Source of the DNA: Halobacteriovoraceae bacterium
GTDB lineage: Bacteria > Bdellovibrionota > Bacteriovoracia > Bacteriovoracales > Bacteriovoracaceae
Length of the DNA stretch: 64,000 bases
Direction of reading: 5' to 3'
NCBI GenBank assembly: GCA_963719505.1
Contig: CAVRCF010000005.1
Coordinates: 1,022,369-1,086,368 of the forward strand
Part shown: positions 37,437-45,888 of the stretch, in pieces
How positions within the stretch are numbered: the stretch's first letter is position 1
How the letters are laid out: each line of letters opens with the position of its first letter
Notes under the pieces: model-generated
What the model was told of the DNA's origin: nothing
The model's input: the letters and a program-made list of their open reading frames with translations, nothing else
Databases searched by the model: none
Made by a program: the position numbers and the translations under genes

Positions 37437-38548
37437 GAGTCATCAGTAACTGAATTGGGGCTATAACTTTTCGTGTTGTACAAATCAATTCGTAACTCAA
37501 CACCCTGGACAAGGAAATACTGTAATCCAGGGCCAAGTCTATATGTTTCGGATTCCAAAGTTACATCTGGTTGAAAGTATTCACCTGTCACAAATAGATA
37601 TGTTCCCCTTCGAAGTAGAATGTGGTTTTGAACAAAAGCAAAGGAGCTCTCAACTTGTTCCTGAGTTGCCAAAAATTTCTGTCTCTTTCTTCCAAGTTCC
37701 ACTAAAATACTCGAGCCTTTGGAGAGACCAAACTTTCCATGAACAGAAAGTAAAGTATTTTCAATATAGTCAGATGTTGAGTTTAAAAATGAAAGACCTG
37801 GCTTTGATGAATTTGAAAAGTTATATTCTAATTTTGTTGAAAAACCTTTTTGTCGAAGATCTTCAGACTGGTACAAACTTCCAATAAATCCGTTGACTCC
37901 TATCTCATATTTATCTTCGTTAAAATGTAGCAATACTCCGTGTGATTGATCGTTTTGAGCTAGCTCAGTGACAGATCGACTAAAGGCAATATGATCTGGG
38001 ACTCTAATCCCATAAACCTTATCCATCATTCCAATATAGAAACCAAAGTTATTAGTTGGTCTTAGACCTATATAATGTTCTCTGGATCGATAATTTCCAA
38101 CATCCTCTCCTTTTTGTGACCTAGGTGTAGGCGCGTAGCCATAGCTAATTGATGCAATATACTTATCATTTCCCTGGAGCCGAAAAACAGTATTGATGTC
38201 AGCTTGCATGTGTATATATTCAGCCTCACTACCGCCTTTATCTATATTTCTCTTCAAGCTTAGACCACGGTAATTTACCGAAGGTCTAATCCAAGAATTA
38301 AAGGCCTTCATATATAGGAAACCACTATCTTGTGCAATTTCATCCTCAGATTTCTCGGAGTCATGCACCCACCTATCAGAGATGGCCGTCGCAGAAACTG
38401 CTCTTCCATAATCATTTAATGGTCCATTACCATAAGGGTTATAATGGCACGTGAGGCAAGCGTTATAGCCTTGCCCTATAAAATTGGGATAAGAATAAGA
38501 ATTAAAACTAAGAAGTGTAAAAAAAAGAATGAGTGATTTTTTATTCAT
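37400..38548 (-). CDS. Putative outer-membrane beta-barrel protein with an N-terminal CxxCH motif
   Basis: Signal peptide. GYNACLTCHYNPYGNGPLNDYGRA right after the cleavage region. The body is beta-strand-like and ends QLHLWF. Confidence 0.5.
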   Translation of the reverse strand: MNKKSLILFFTLLSFNSYSYPNFIGQGYNACLTCHYNPYGNGPLNDYGRAVSATAISDRWVHDSEKSEDEIAQDSGFLYMKAFNSWIRPSVNYRGLSLKRNIDKGGSEAEYIHMQADINTVFRLQGNDKYIASISYGYAPTPRSQKGEDVGNYRSREHYIGLRPTNNFGFYIGMMDKVYGIRVPDHIAFSRSVTELAQNDQSHGVLLHFNEDKYEIGVNGFIGSLYQSEDLRQKGFSTKLEYNFSNSSKPGLSFLNSTSDYIENTLLSVHGKFGLSKGSSILVELGRKRQKFLATQEQVESSFAFVQNHILLRRGTYLFVTGEYFQPDVTLESETYRLGPGLQYFLVQGVELRIDLYNTKSYSPNSVTDDSWDFAGQLHLWF

Positions 38549-38569
38549 TTGTTACTTTATACATTAAAA

Positions 38570-38596
38570 AGCACGTCTGCATTGAGAAGACGTGCT
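38570..38596. terminator. Bidirectional hairpin terminator
   Basis: AGCACGTCT/AGACGTGCT 9-bp stem and 9-nt loop, flanked by an A-run and a T-run. It lies between the 94-aa gene stop (38621) and the next gene start (38548). Confidence 0.6.
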
Positions 38597-38620
38597 TTTT
38601 CTATTTTAATTATTTAAAGA

Positions 38621-38905
38621 CTAGTTAGCTCTGTGACACTCAAATGGGTCAGTAGCATCGTGTCTGTGACAAGAATAACCAATACTTGTTCCATCAGTTA
38701 GATAAAGTTTTACACTTACACCTTGGCTCATGGGAGAAGCTTTAATACCTTTGAATAGATTGATCTGTGCAACAGTAGCGTCCGCTTCAAACTGAACTAA
38801 TGAGGCCGTTACTGCTTCACTTGTATCAACTAAAACATCACCAGGATTTGCGAAAAGTCCTGTTGAAATTGTAAGAAAACTTAAAGTTAATAATAATTTC
38901 TTCAT
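38621..38905 (-). CDS. Small secreted protein carrying a C-terminal CHRH-x5-P-[FY]-ECH motif
   Basis: 94 aa with a signal peptide. Ends GYSCHRHDATDPFECHRAN. Paralogous to the C-terminal domain of the upstream gene. Confidence 0.6.
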   Translation of the reverse strand: MKKLLLTLSFLTISTGLFANPGDVLVDTSEAVTASLVQFEADATVAQINLFKGIKASPMSQGVSVKLYLTDGTSIGYSCHRHDATDPFECHRAN

Positions 38906-38924
38906 TCTAAATTCCTTTGTTTAT

Positions 38925-39701
38925 TTATTTATTACCCGTAAGATGGCACTCATACGGGTCACTATCTTCATGTCTGTGACATGAGTAACTCTTTATTTGA
39001 TTTGCTAATGAAATATTAACTGTAACTCCATCTGCTTTTAATACTGACTCTATGCTAAGTAAAGACTGCGAGCCATCATTACTTTGAGAAGCAATAAAAG
39101 ATTTAACGCTGGCACTAACTGCATCTTTTACATTTTGTATATTTGCTAGACCAATAACAGCAGTTGGTTCTTCATCATCATCTCCCCAGTCATCATCCCA
39201 ATCGTCATCATCTTCGTCATCCTCGTCGCTAGTTGGACATTCTGATGGAATCTGTTGAAGCTCATCTTTAGGTGCACAAGCTTCAATCCATTTTTTTATA
39301 AAATCAATTTCTTCCTGCTGAAGTGATCCTTCAATTGGCATATCTCCACTTTTGACCGATAAAAACAAGCGACTAATCTGAGGTTTTCCTTTAACCAATA
39401 AAGGAACAAACCTATCAATCATTGCTTTCTCATAAGTAGAAAAGTCAATAGGATCGTTTACAGGTTTTGCATCGGGACCAGAGTGACAAGACATACACTT
39501 TGGTTTTAAAATGTATTTCTTTAAAGATTCATAGCTCAGCGGAGCCTCACCTCTAATTAATTGATTATCTCTGACTAAATTATTTGTCTCTACAAACTCC
39601 AACTTACTTGGATTTCTCTCCATACAGCCAAAAGCCAACAGAAAAACGCTAAATATAAAAAAGATATTTGTTTTTTGCATAACTAGACTATATCTCCTCA
39701 A
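38925..39701 (-). CDS. Lipoprotein: CxxCH cytochrome c-like domain, acidic linker, CHRH...ECH domain
   Basis: Lipobox LLAFGC. KPKCMSCHSG...GDMPIEG..EEIDFIKKWIEA. Acidic linker DEDDEDDDDWDDDWGDDDEE. C-terminus SYSCHRHEDSDPYECHLTGNK. ATG 39680 is an alternative start. Confidence 0.6.
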   Translation of the reverse strand: MRRYSLVMQKTNIFFIFSVFLLAFGCMERNPSKLEFVETNNLVRDNQLIRGEAPLSYESLKKYILKPKCMSCHSGPDAKPVNDPIDFSTYEKAMIDRFVPLLVKGKPQISRLFLSVKSGDMPIEGSLQQEEIDFIKKWIEACAPKDELQQIPSECPTSDEDDEDDDDWDDDWGDDDEEPTAVIGLANIQNVKDAVSASVKSFIASQSNDGSQSLLSIESVLKADGVTVNISLANQIKSYSCHRHEDSDPYECHLTGNK

Positions 39702-39715
39702 TTTATTATTTGCAA

Positions 39716-39732
39716 ATACCCAGTAGGGGTAT
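39716..39732. promoter_or_regulatory. CsoR-type operator candidate, box 5
   Basis: ATACCCAGTAGGGGTAT, 15-36 bp upstream of the 38925-39701 gene. Confidence 0.55.
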
Positions 39733-40094
39733 GGTAAATTCTACAAAGAGTGTAGAGAGTATTGACGATTTAATAAAAGAACTATGTATAAAGTATTAAA
39801 TATTCAGCACCTTGGTAGCCATTACGACTTAAATTTTTAATTGTGACACTCTTTTTACAAAACCTTCAAAAGATCAACTACACAGCAGCTACAGCAAGCC
39901 TACAAAGTGAAATTTGTCTTAGGTTGAGTCTTTTGACAATTTTATTTTTTATGTATTCTTCTTCAGTATCACTTTGTCACTGAATAAGTATTATATATCA
40001 TAGAGACTGTAAGATTACCCTGAAAAACTAGTTACTTTTTGATACCACTAAAGATCTAACCAACTAACTTCATGAAGATTTAATCATTAATAAT

Positions 40095-40111
40095 GTACCC
40101 CCACCCCCTAT
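40095..40111. promoter_or_regulatory. Atypical C-tract box (GTAC-C5-A-C5-TAT), box 6
   Basis: GTACCCCCACCCCCTAT lies 83 bp upstream of ATG 40194. It has the ATAC-like flanks and C-tracts but is not a true inverted repeat. Confidence 0.35.
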
Positions 40112-40193
40112 TGAGAAGTTAGACTTTTTTCACTGACCTTAGGACTCGGATAGAAGATATTAAACCCACAAATATTTTTCATAGGAGTTAAAA

Positions 40194-40640
40194 ATGAAAA
40201 TCACACTTGCTTTTATTATATTACTAAGTTTCTCAAATGCCTTTGCTCGTTGTTACAATGCAAACCAAATTTCAAGAAGTGCTCATCAACTTGCAAATGA
40301 AGCAAGTAGATTTGACAATGTTATAGACCACATGAATGGCTACTCTCATCTATCAAGGGAAATCCATCAACTAGAAAATGAGGCTAAACATTTTCACAGA
40401 ACAGTGGAACGTGGATCAAGTTGTAACCATATTATAAGAGACTTCAATGATGTTTCTCGAAAATTCCAACATCTATCTAGTTCACTCAGAAGAGCGCACT
40501 CAACTCACCACAACCACCATGTAATGAATGATTTTTACAGCCTCCAACATTCTTTTCAAGACCTAAGATCAGAAGTAATGAGATTACGAGGTGGTGGACA
40601 TCACGGAAATGGCGATCACTGGAAATCTGATAGTCTTTAA
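40194..40640 (+). CDS. Secreted His-rich helical-repeat protein, paralog 1
   Basis: Signal peptide. Repeats AHQLANEASRFDNVID and IHQLENEAKHFHRTVE. His-rich tail HSTHHNHH..GGGHHGNGDH. Confidence 0.6.
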   Translation: MKITLAFIILLSFSNAFARCYNANQISRSAHQLANEASRFDNVIDHMNGYSHLSREIHQLENEAKHFHRTVERGSSCNHIIRDFNDVSRKFQHLSSSLRRAHSTHHNHHVMNDFYSLQHSFQDLRSEVMRLRGGGHHGNGDHWKSDSL

Positions 40641-40677
40641 AAATCAACTTTATAACAATTAAACCTGGAATGTATTT

Positions 40678-41241
40678 ATGAAAAAGATATTACTACTTTT
40701 AACACTTTTAATTTTACCAACACTATCTTTTGCTGGCTGTAACTCATACATGATTGATAACTATGGAGACGGTGAAGTAATACAATCTTTTCGAAGTCGT
40801 GGTTTCATCTTTTCTTGTTACAGAGTTGCTAAAAAGTGTAGACGAGCTCTAGCGTTTTCTCCGGAAGACGCTGTTTGTATCGATTCAAGAGTTTTCGCAT
40901 GGAAAATGGTCACTGAGTTATCTCACGATCTAGAAAAGTCATCAAAGCTACTTCATCGCAACCTAGAAAATATCTTAGGTGATCATGATGAAAGTCAGTC
41001 ACCAGAAGTTAATCACTTAATTGAGTATGCCCATGAACTGTCTGAATCCTCTAAGGAGCTCCATGAAGCCGTTGAGAGATATAGAGTTCAATCTAGAGAC
41101 ACAAGGTCTGAATATAATAAAGTTTTGTTTTATATAAATAAAATAAACGCAACTTTTACACATGACCACTTCTCACATGAAACAGTCGAACTACACATGG
41201 AGATAAAAAAACTTTTTAGAGACTTAAGACGATTTTACTAA
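40678..41241 (+). CDS. Secreted His-rich helical-repeat protein, paralog 2
   Basis: Signal peptide ending SFAGC. Repeats SHDLEKSSKLLHRNLE and AHELSESSKELHEAVE. Confidence 0.6.
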   Translation: MKKILLLLTLLILPTLSFAGCNSYMIDNYGDGEVIQSFRSRGFIFSCYRVAKKCRRALAFSPEDAVCIDSRVFAWKMVTELSHDLEKSSKLLHRNLENILGDHDESQSPEVNHLIEYAHELSESSKELHEAVERYRVQSRDTRSEYNKVLFYINKINATFTHDHFSHETVELHMEIKKLFRDLRRFY

Positions 41242-41269
41242 CTATTAATAAAGAACCAAAGGGTTATAA

Positions 41270-42049
41270 ATGAAGAATCTATTTCAGCCACTACTTATCG
41301 TATTTGTCATGCTTTTAGGAAGTATGTCAGCATATGCGCATCAAATTACAATTGAAGATCTTAAACTTATTAAAGAGTTCGCCCATGATCTTGAAAAAGA
41401 ATCTAAAAAGCTTCACGATCAAGTTGAGTTGATCATTGCAACACCTACTCAAAATGATGAGGAACTGATTGAGCAACTTCATCTTTTTGAGAAATCAGCA
41501 AAACGATTCCATATGGATGTTGAAAGTCACTACTCACAGCCAATGCTTACTAGAAATAAATTCTTCGAACTAATGACCCAATATAATATTGTGTCCAGAA
41601 CGATTGAGGAATTTAATATTTACTCGCAAGTTGAAAACCAATATCTTGGAATTCTCTCATTAGTTGAATCGATAAACATCTATTATAACTTCTGGAACTA
41701 TATTCAAATAAAAGAGATCGCTCATCACATTAACAAAGTATCTAGCAAGATTTATCGCGCAATAGACTCAGATTTAACGGGTGGACGAACTTCACACGAA
41801 CGAGGAGCACTGAGAGCATTGAATAATTTCACACTCGCTTCTCATGATTTTCATAATGGAGTGGAAGATAACTTCAGCTCTCCAGAGAATACAAGAGTGA
41901 CACTAGCTCAACTTCTAGACTCACACTTTGATGCTGAATTTGAACTGGATTACATATCTGTATCTCCATTACTTATGAATGCTTTCATTGATTTAAAAGT
42001 TGACCTAAGAAAGTTACAAGAAATATATAAATGGAATTGGTACTTATAA
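41270..42049 (+). CDS. Secreted His-rich helical-repeat protein, paralog 3
   Basis: Signal peptide. Four repeats: AHDLEKESKKLHDQVE, LHLFEKSAKRFHMDVE, AHHINKVSSKIYRAID, LASHDFHNGVE. Confidence 0.6.
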   Translation: MKNLFQPLLIVFVMLLGSMSAYAHQITIEDLKLIKEFAHDLEKESKKLHDQVELIIATPTQNDEELIEQLHLFEKSAKRFHMDVESHYSQPMLTRNKFFELMTQYNIVSRTIEEFNIYSQVENQYLGILSLVESINIYYNFWNYIQIKEIAHHINKVSSKIYRAIDSDLTGGRTSHERGALRALNNFTLASHDFHNGVEDNFSSPENTRVTLAQLLDSHFDAEFELDYISVSPLLMNAFIDLKVDLRKLQEIYKWNWYL

Positions 42050-42084
42050 AAGTTTCCAACAAATTACTAAGAAAAGGAAAAAAA

Positions 42085-42520
42085 ATGAAACATTTTAATA
42101 TCTTTAAAGTTTTAATTGTACTTATAACTCTAAGCTTAAGCGCTAGTGTACTTGCCTCTGACAATAACTGTCGTGGTACATACGATATGTATGACGACAC
42201 CTGTTATATGGATAATGGAGAATACACCCACTACAATTACGACAATGGAAGAAGACTCATCCATGGAAATAATGGCTCTTTTACTTTACACGACTGGAGA
42301 GGTGGAAGTCATATTGGTAGTCACTCAGGTAGACATTACAATACTCATCAAAGCTACCGATACTCTAGAAATGTTGATCATCGCTACGGACATCAAAATC
42401 GTGGTCAATGGAAGATATGATAATCAAAATCGTGGTCATGGAAGATATGGTAATCAAAATCGCGGACACGGAAGATATGGTAATCAAAATCGTGGACATA
42501 GCCGAAGACACACCTATTAA
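42085..42520 (+). pseudogene. Secreted His/Tyr/Gly/Asn/Arg-rich low-complexity protein, with its frame broken inside a 30-nt repeat
   Basis: ATG 42085 gives the signal peptide MKHFNIFKVLIVLITLSLSASVLA. The frame stops at 42420 (..GHQNRGQWKI). The repeat continues in the +1 frame to 42520 (GRYGNQNRGH units). GGTCAATGG versus GGTCATGG in the other units indicates one extra A at 42407-42408. Confidence 0.5.
42382..42499 (+). repeat. About 4 tandem copies of a 30-nt unit encoding G-R-Y-G-N-Q-N-R-G-H
   Basis: Unit GGAAGATATGGTAATCAAAATCGTGGTCAT with a few substitutions. The first copy is the most diverged. Confidence 0.85.
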
Positions 42521-42529
42521 CATAAACCC

Positions 42530-42559
42530 TATGCATAGACTCGTTTCGGTCTATGCATA
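42530..42559 (+). terminator. Strong stem-loop after the paralog cluster (no U-tract)
   Basis: TATGCATAGAC/GTCTATGCATA 11-bp stem with an 8-nt loop. Confidence 0.4.
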
Positions 42560-42794
42560 AAGACAATCACTAAAAAGTAATTAAATAACAGCCTTAACTA
42601 ACAGGATCTTTTCACCTAGTTTTTCGGACAGCCTTACTTAGTAAATGAAAGCGCAATACAAAAGAGATCAAGTAAGAAGGAACAATCAGGTTTAATGGCG
42701 TAATTATTAGACAGTTGAAAATTCAGATAATCCCATAATCAAGTAAACTCTGACACACCAAAGACTTGCCGCTAAATCACAAGTAAATATGAGT

Positions 42795-43325
42795 TTAGTT
42801 CTCTTCTTGCCGGAGAATTAGTTTTGAATCCTTAATCCACTTATTTACTTCGAAAATCTCGTTTTCTGTCAGCCCAGAGTCCCAATGTATAATTTTATAT
42901 TTCAATGGAGGCATTTCATCTTTTTTAATAGTTTTAAACAATGCATTTAGGTCATCAACTGGACTACCGTGTCCCCCGAACGGGAAGTCATGAGACATAT
43001 CCATGTGTTTCTTTGCTTCTTCCATATCGTTGTCCATCGTTTGTTTTACACCCGGAATATTATAGTACCAAGGAAGGTCATTATTAACACCGTGACAAGA
43101 AAGACACTTCTTTGCAAATATCTGTTTAACACCGTTTAAATATTTACTATTAATTTGCTCTAAAGACTCTTCTGATGGTCCATTTGAAATAATCTCAAAA
43201 CCATCTGAGTCAAACTCAGTCTGTTCCATTAATGAAGATTCATTATGCCCCCCTTCTCCGTCGGCATAAGCAGAAGAAGAAGAGAATATAAAAATCGTTG
43301 CAAAAATTGTTAGTAGCTTATTCAT
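42795..43325 (-). CDS. Secreted heme-binding-domain (Haem_bd-like, CxxCH) protein
   Basis: Signal peptide. KKCLSCHGVNNDLPWYYNIPGV and DEMPPLKYKIIHWDSGLTENEIFEVNKWIKD. Family assignment is from memory (PF14376-like). Confidence 0.6.
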   Translation of the reverse strand: MNKLLTIFATIFIFSSSSAYADGEGGHNESSLMEQTEFDSDGFEIISNGPSEESLEQINSKYLNGVKQIFAKKCLSCHGVNNDLPWYYNIPGVKQTMDNDMEEAKKHMDMSHDFPFGGHGSPVDDLNALFKTIKKDEMPPLKYKIIHWDSGLTENEIFEVNKWIKDSKLILRQEEN

Positions 43326-43328
43326 TAA

Positions 43329-43751
43329 CTATTTCGCTTTTTTAATTCCATTCACGATAATCATATTCACACTACTACTAGTAAAAACTTTTCCTTTTAC
43401 AGCAACTTGTTCTTCAGCATATTTTAGAAATTTTTTATTTGTTTCTCTCAAGTCGGCATGGCCTTCACCTGAGATTTGATAAATCTTGTTGTCTTTAGTT
43501 AAAATACCTATTGGAAGTCCTTTTTCGGCACAATCTTTAAAGCAATCTTTATGATTCGACCCTTTTGAATCGTGCTTTATATAGCAAGTTAACCCTACTA
43601 GTTGTCCAGAAATTAAAACATCAGCTTTTTCAATTGAATCATGACTTGAACTCGCCGCTTTCCCTTTGGCATGTTCTTCGTCACCATGAGCAAAAACTGA
43701 ACTTGTCGACACCAATACTAATAAAGAAAAGATTGTTAATATTTTATTCAT
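43329..43751 (-). CDS. Secreted 140-aa protein with a His-rich N-terminus, unknown family
   Basis: Start ATG 43751 after GGAGG; the track ORF extension to 43991 runs through box 7. Signal peptide MNKILTIFSLLVLVSTSSVFA followed by HGDEEHAKGK..SSHD. Confidence 0.55.
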   Translation of the reverse strand: MNKILTIFSLLVLVSTSSVFAHGDEEHAKGKAASSSHDSIEKADVLISGQLVGLTCYIKHDSKGSNHKDCFKDCAEKGLPIGILTKDNKIYQISGEGHADLRETNKKFLKYAEEQVAVKGKVFTSSSVNMIIVNGIKKAK

Positions 43752-43772
43752 ACTACCTCCGATGAAAAAACG

Positions 43773-43789
43773 ATACCCCCCAAGGGTAT
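43773..43789. promoter_or_regulatory. CsoR-type operator candidate, box 7
   Basis: ATACCCCCCAAGGGTAT lies between divergent starts 43751 (-) and 43918 (+). Confidence 0.55.
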
Positions 43790-43917
43790 GCCCAAAAAAG
43801 AAAAAATACAATACCTTATCGTATTTAACTGTTATTCGGTAAATATTGATCCTATATTTACGAATTTTCTCCTCAAACGGACCTTTAATTATCAAAGGAA
43901 ACCTAATAAGATTATGT

Positions 43918-45207
43918 ATGAAGAAAGACTCAAATGATCGGAATGAAGAGATAAGCGCAGAAACTCTAAATAAAGGGTGCTCATGCATCACTTTTGATAA
44001 AGAATTACTAAAGTCAAATTTCCCTACAAATTCGCTTAAATTTCATTTATTAGAAAACTTAATCTTAACTCATCCAACAATATTTTCCTCTATAGCTGTT
44101 TTTTTATCTAAAGCGAATTACGAAATAATAACTCAAGTCATTTTTACGATTGAAAAAATAATTAGTTCATCCTTGTATCAAGAACAAAGTTTAAATAGAA
44201 TCTCAGGAATTTCTCCATTTCATTTTGGTCCAAAAGGAGTTTTTATGGGTTACGACTTTCATATCTCGAGTGAAGGTCCAAAACTGATAGAAATCAATAC
44301 AAACGCTGGAGGTGCGCTGTTGAGTCTAGAATTAGCCAAAGCCCAACAGCGCTGTTGCATATCTCAGGACTTATACCACAAGTCTACAATTGAGCTTTCT
44401 AAACTTGAATCTATATTTATCGAAATGTTTATTAACGAGTGGAAAAGTCAAAAGGGTAATATAAAAATGGGATTAGTCGCAATTGTCGACAATGAACCTG
44501 AATCACAATTTCTCTATCCAGAGTTTCAATTATTTCAATACCTATTTTCAGAATATAGTATTCGCTCAATTATAGTTGCCCCTCGTGACTTAAAATGGAC
44601 AAATGGAAATCTAACCTTCGGCAATGAAGTAGTCGATCTCGTCTACAATAGGTTAACCGATTTTTATTTCGAAGAAGAAGAAAATAGTGATCTTCTCAGT
44701 GCTTATAAATCAGGTTCTACAGTTTTTACGCCTTCCCCTATCCATCATGCTCTTTATGCAAACAAGTTAAACCTTATCAAACTTAGTAATAAGCATGCGC
44801 TAGATAAATTAAAGGTCTCCACAAAAGATCAAGAGATACTTTTAAAAGTTATCCCCGAAACGGAAGAAGTTCTAAAAGAAAACAATTTAGAATTATGGAG
44901 TAGAAGAAAATCACTATTTTTTAAACCTATTGCCGGTTATGGTAGTAAAGCTGCCTATCGCGGAGATAAAATCACAAGGAAAGTCTGGGAACACGTACTT
45001 AACAGTAGCTATATCGCTCAAAAAATTGTTCCACCAGGAGAAAGACTTGTAACAGTTGATAATAATAAAACAAACCTCAAGTTAGATTTAAGAGCTTATG
45101 TTTTTGATGGCAAGATACAACTTATGTCGTCACGACTTTATTCCGGTCAGACTACTAACTTCAGAACGGAAGGTGGAGGCTTCGCTCCAGTATTTATAAT
45201 TCCATAA
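43918..45207 (+). CDS. ATP-grasp-fold-like enzyme (family unresolved)
   Basis: GYDFHISSEGPKLIEINTNAGGALL, FFKPIAGYGSKAAYRG and LDLRAYVFDGKIQLMSSRLY..NFRTEGGGFAPV resemble ATP-grasp ligase strands. Start chosen at ATG 43918 (track 43846). Confidence 0.5.
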   Translation: MKKDSNDRNEEISAETLNKGCSCITFDKELLKSNFPTNSLKFHLLENLILTHPTIFSSIAVFLSKANYEIITQVIFTIEKIISSSLYQEQSLNRISGISPFHFGPKGVFMGYDFHISSEGPKLIEINTNAGGALLSLELAKAQQRCCISQDLYHKSTIELSKLESIFIEMFINEWKSQKGNIKMGLVAIVDNEPESQFLYPEFQLFQYLFSEYSIRSIIVAPRDLKWTNGNLTFGNEVVDLVYNRLTDFYFEEEENSDLLSAYKSGSTVFTPSPIHHALYANKLNLIKLSNKHALDKLKVSTKDQEILLKVIPETEEVLKENNLELWSRRKSLFFKPIAGYGSKAAYRGDKITRKVWEHVLNSSYIAQKIVPPGERLVTVDNNKTNLKLDLRAYVFDGKIQLMSSRLYSGQTTNFRTEGGGFAPVFIIP

Positions 45208-45320
45208 TAAATAGAAATATTAGGGAGACTCCAATTTGTTTTATATTCTTATTGGATTAAGAAATGTGTGGTTTAACTCTTATCAAGTCCTTTAAAAGAT
45301 AAAGTTCCTATGCCTGCCAA

Positions 45321-45888
45321 TTACCAGATATAAGAAATTCCGGCTCCTGCTCCAAAACGGCTTTCATAACTTGTAAAAATGGATAGATTCTTTGTTGCAA
45401 TATATTCAAGGCCCAGGTTCCAGACATAATCTTTTTCCCAAGTAGTTATTATCTGGCAACTGTTCTTTCCAACCAAAATCATTCGTAACTTCCCAGTACC
45501 CATAAATTGCAACTCTTGAAAAAAGTAAGTAATCCACATCGAAAGAGAGTTGAAGGTTTAAATCAGAGTCAATTCTCACATTTGAATCTACAAAGTAAGG
45601 TAAGAGCCATTTAATACCTAACGTTCCAACCGTCTCAGTCGCATCAAGTTCTTCCTCTACCTTATTTTCTGTATTTGCTCCTAAATAAACTCTAAAGTAA
45701 TCAGATAAAAAACGATCATAACTTATATCCGCCTCTAGGTTTTTATTCCAACCGTATTCAGCACCGAGGTTCAATTGATTTCGTGTGTTTGAACTTGTTA
45801 TTTCAATTGAACTATAATGACTTGCAGCTTTTGTCTCGGCCCATGTATACCAATGCTTATCCATGTCTAAAACATTTGATAAGTGCAA
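45321..45888 (-). pseudogene. CopB-like beta-barrel region, split from the MCO gene and internally frameshifted
   Basis: Two overlapping frames (45406-45888 and 45321-45539) together parallel the C-terminal CopB-like domain of the 30183-32330 protein. There is no signal peptide at the ATG 45888 start. Ends GAGAGISYIW. Confidence 0.55.

Noticed and set aside
43752-43991. N-terminal extension of track ORF 43329-43991; likewise the extensions 47483-47587, 48242-48292, 48497-48613, 36208-36231 and 55687-55815
   Set aside because: The extensions run through operator boxes or divergent promoters and precede an internal Met. That internal Met has a strong SD followed by a signal peptide, so the shorter starts were preferred.
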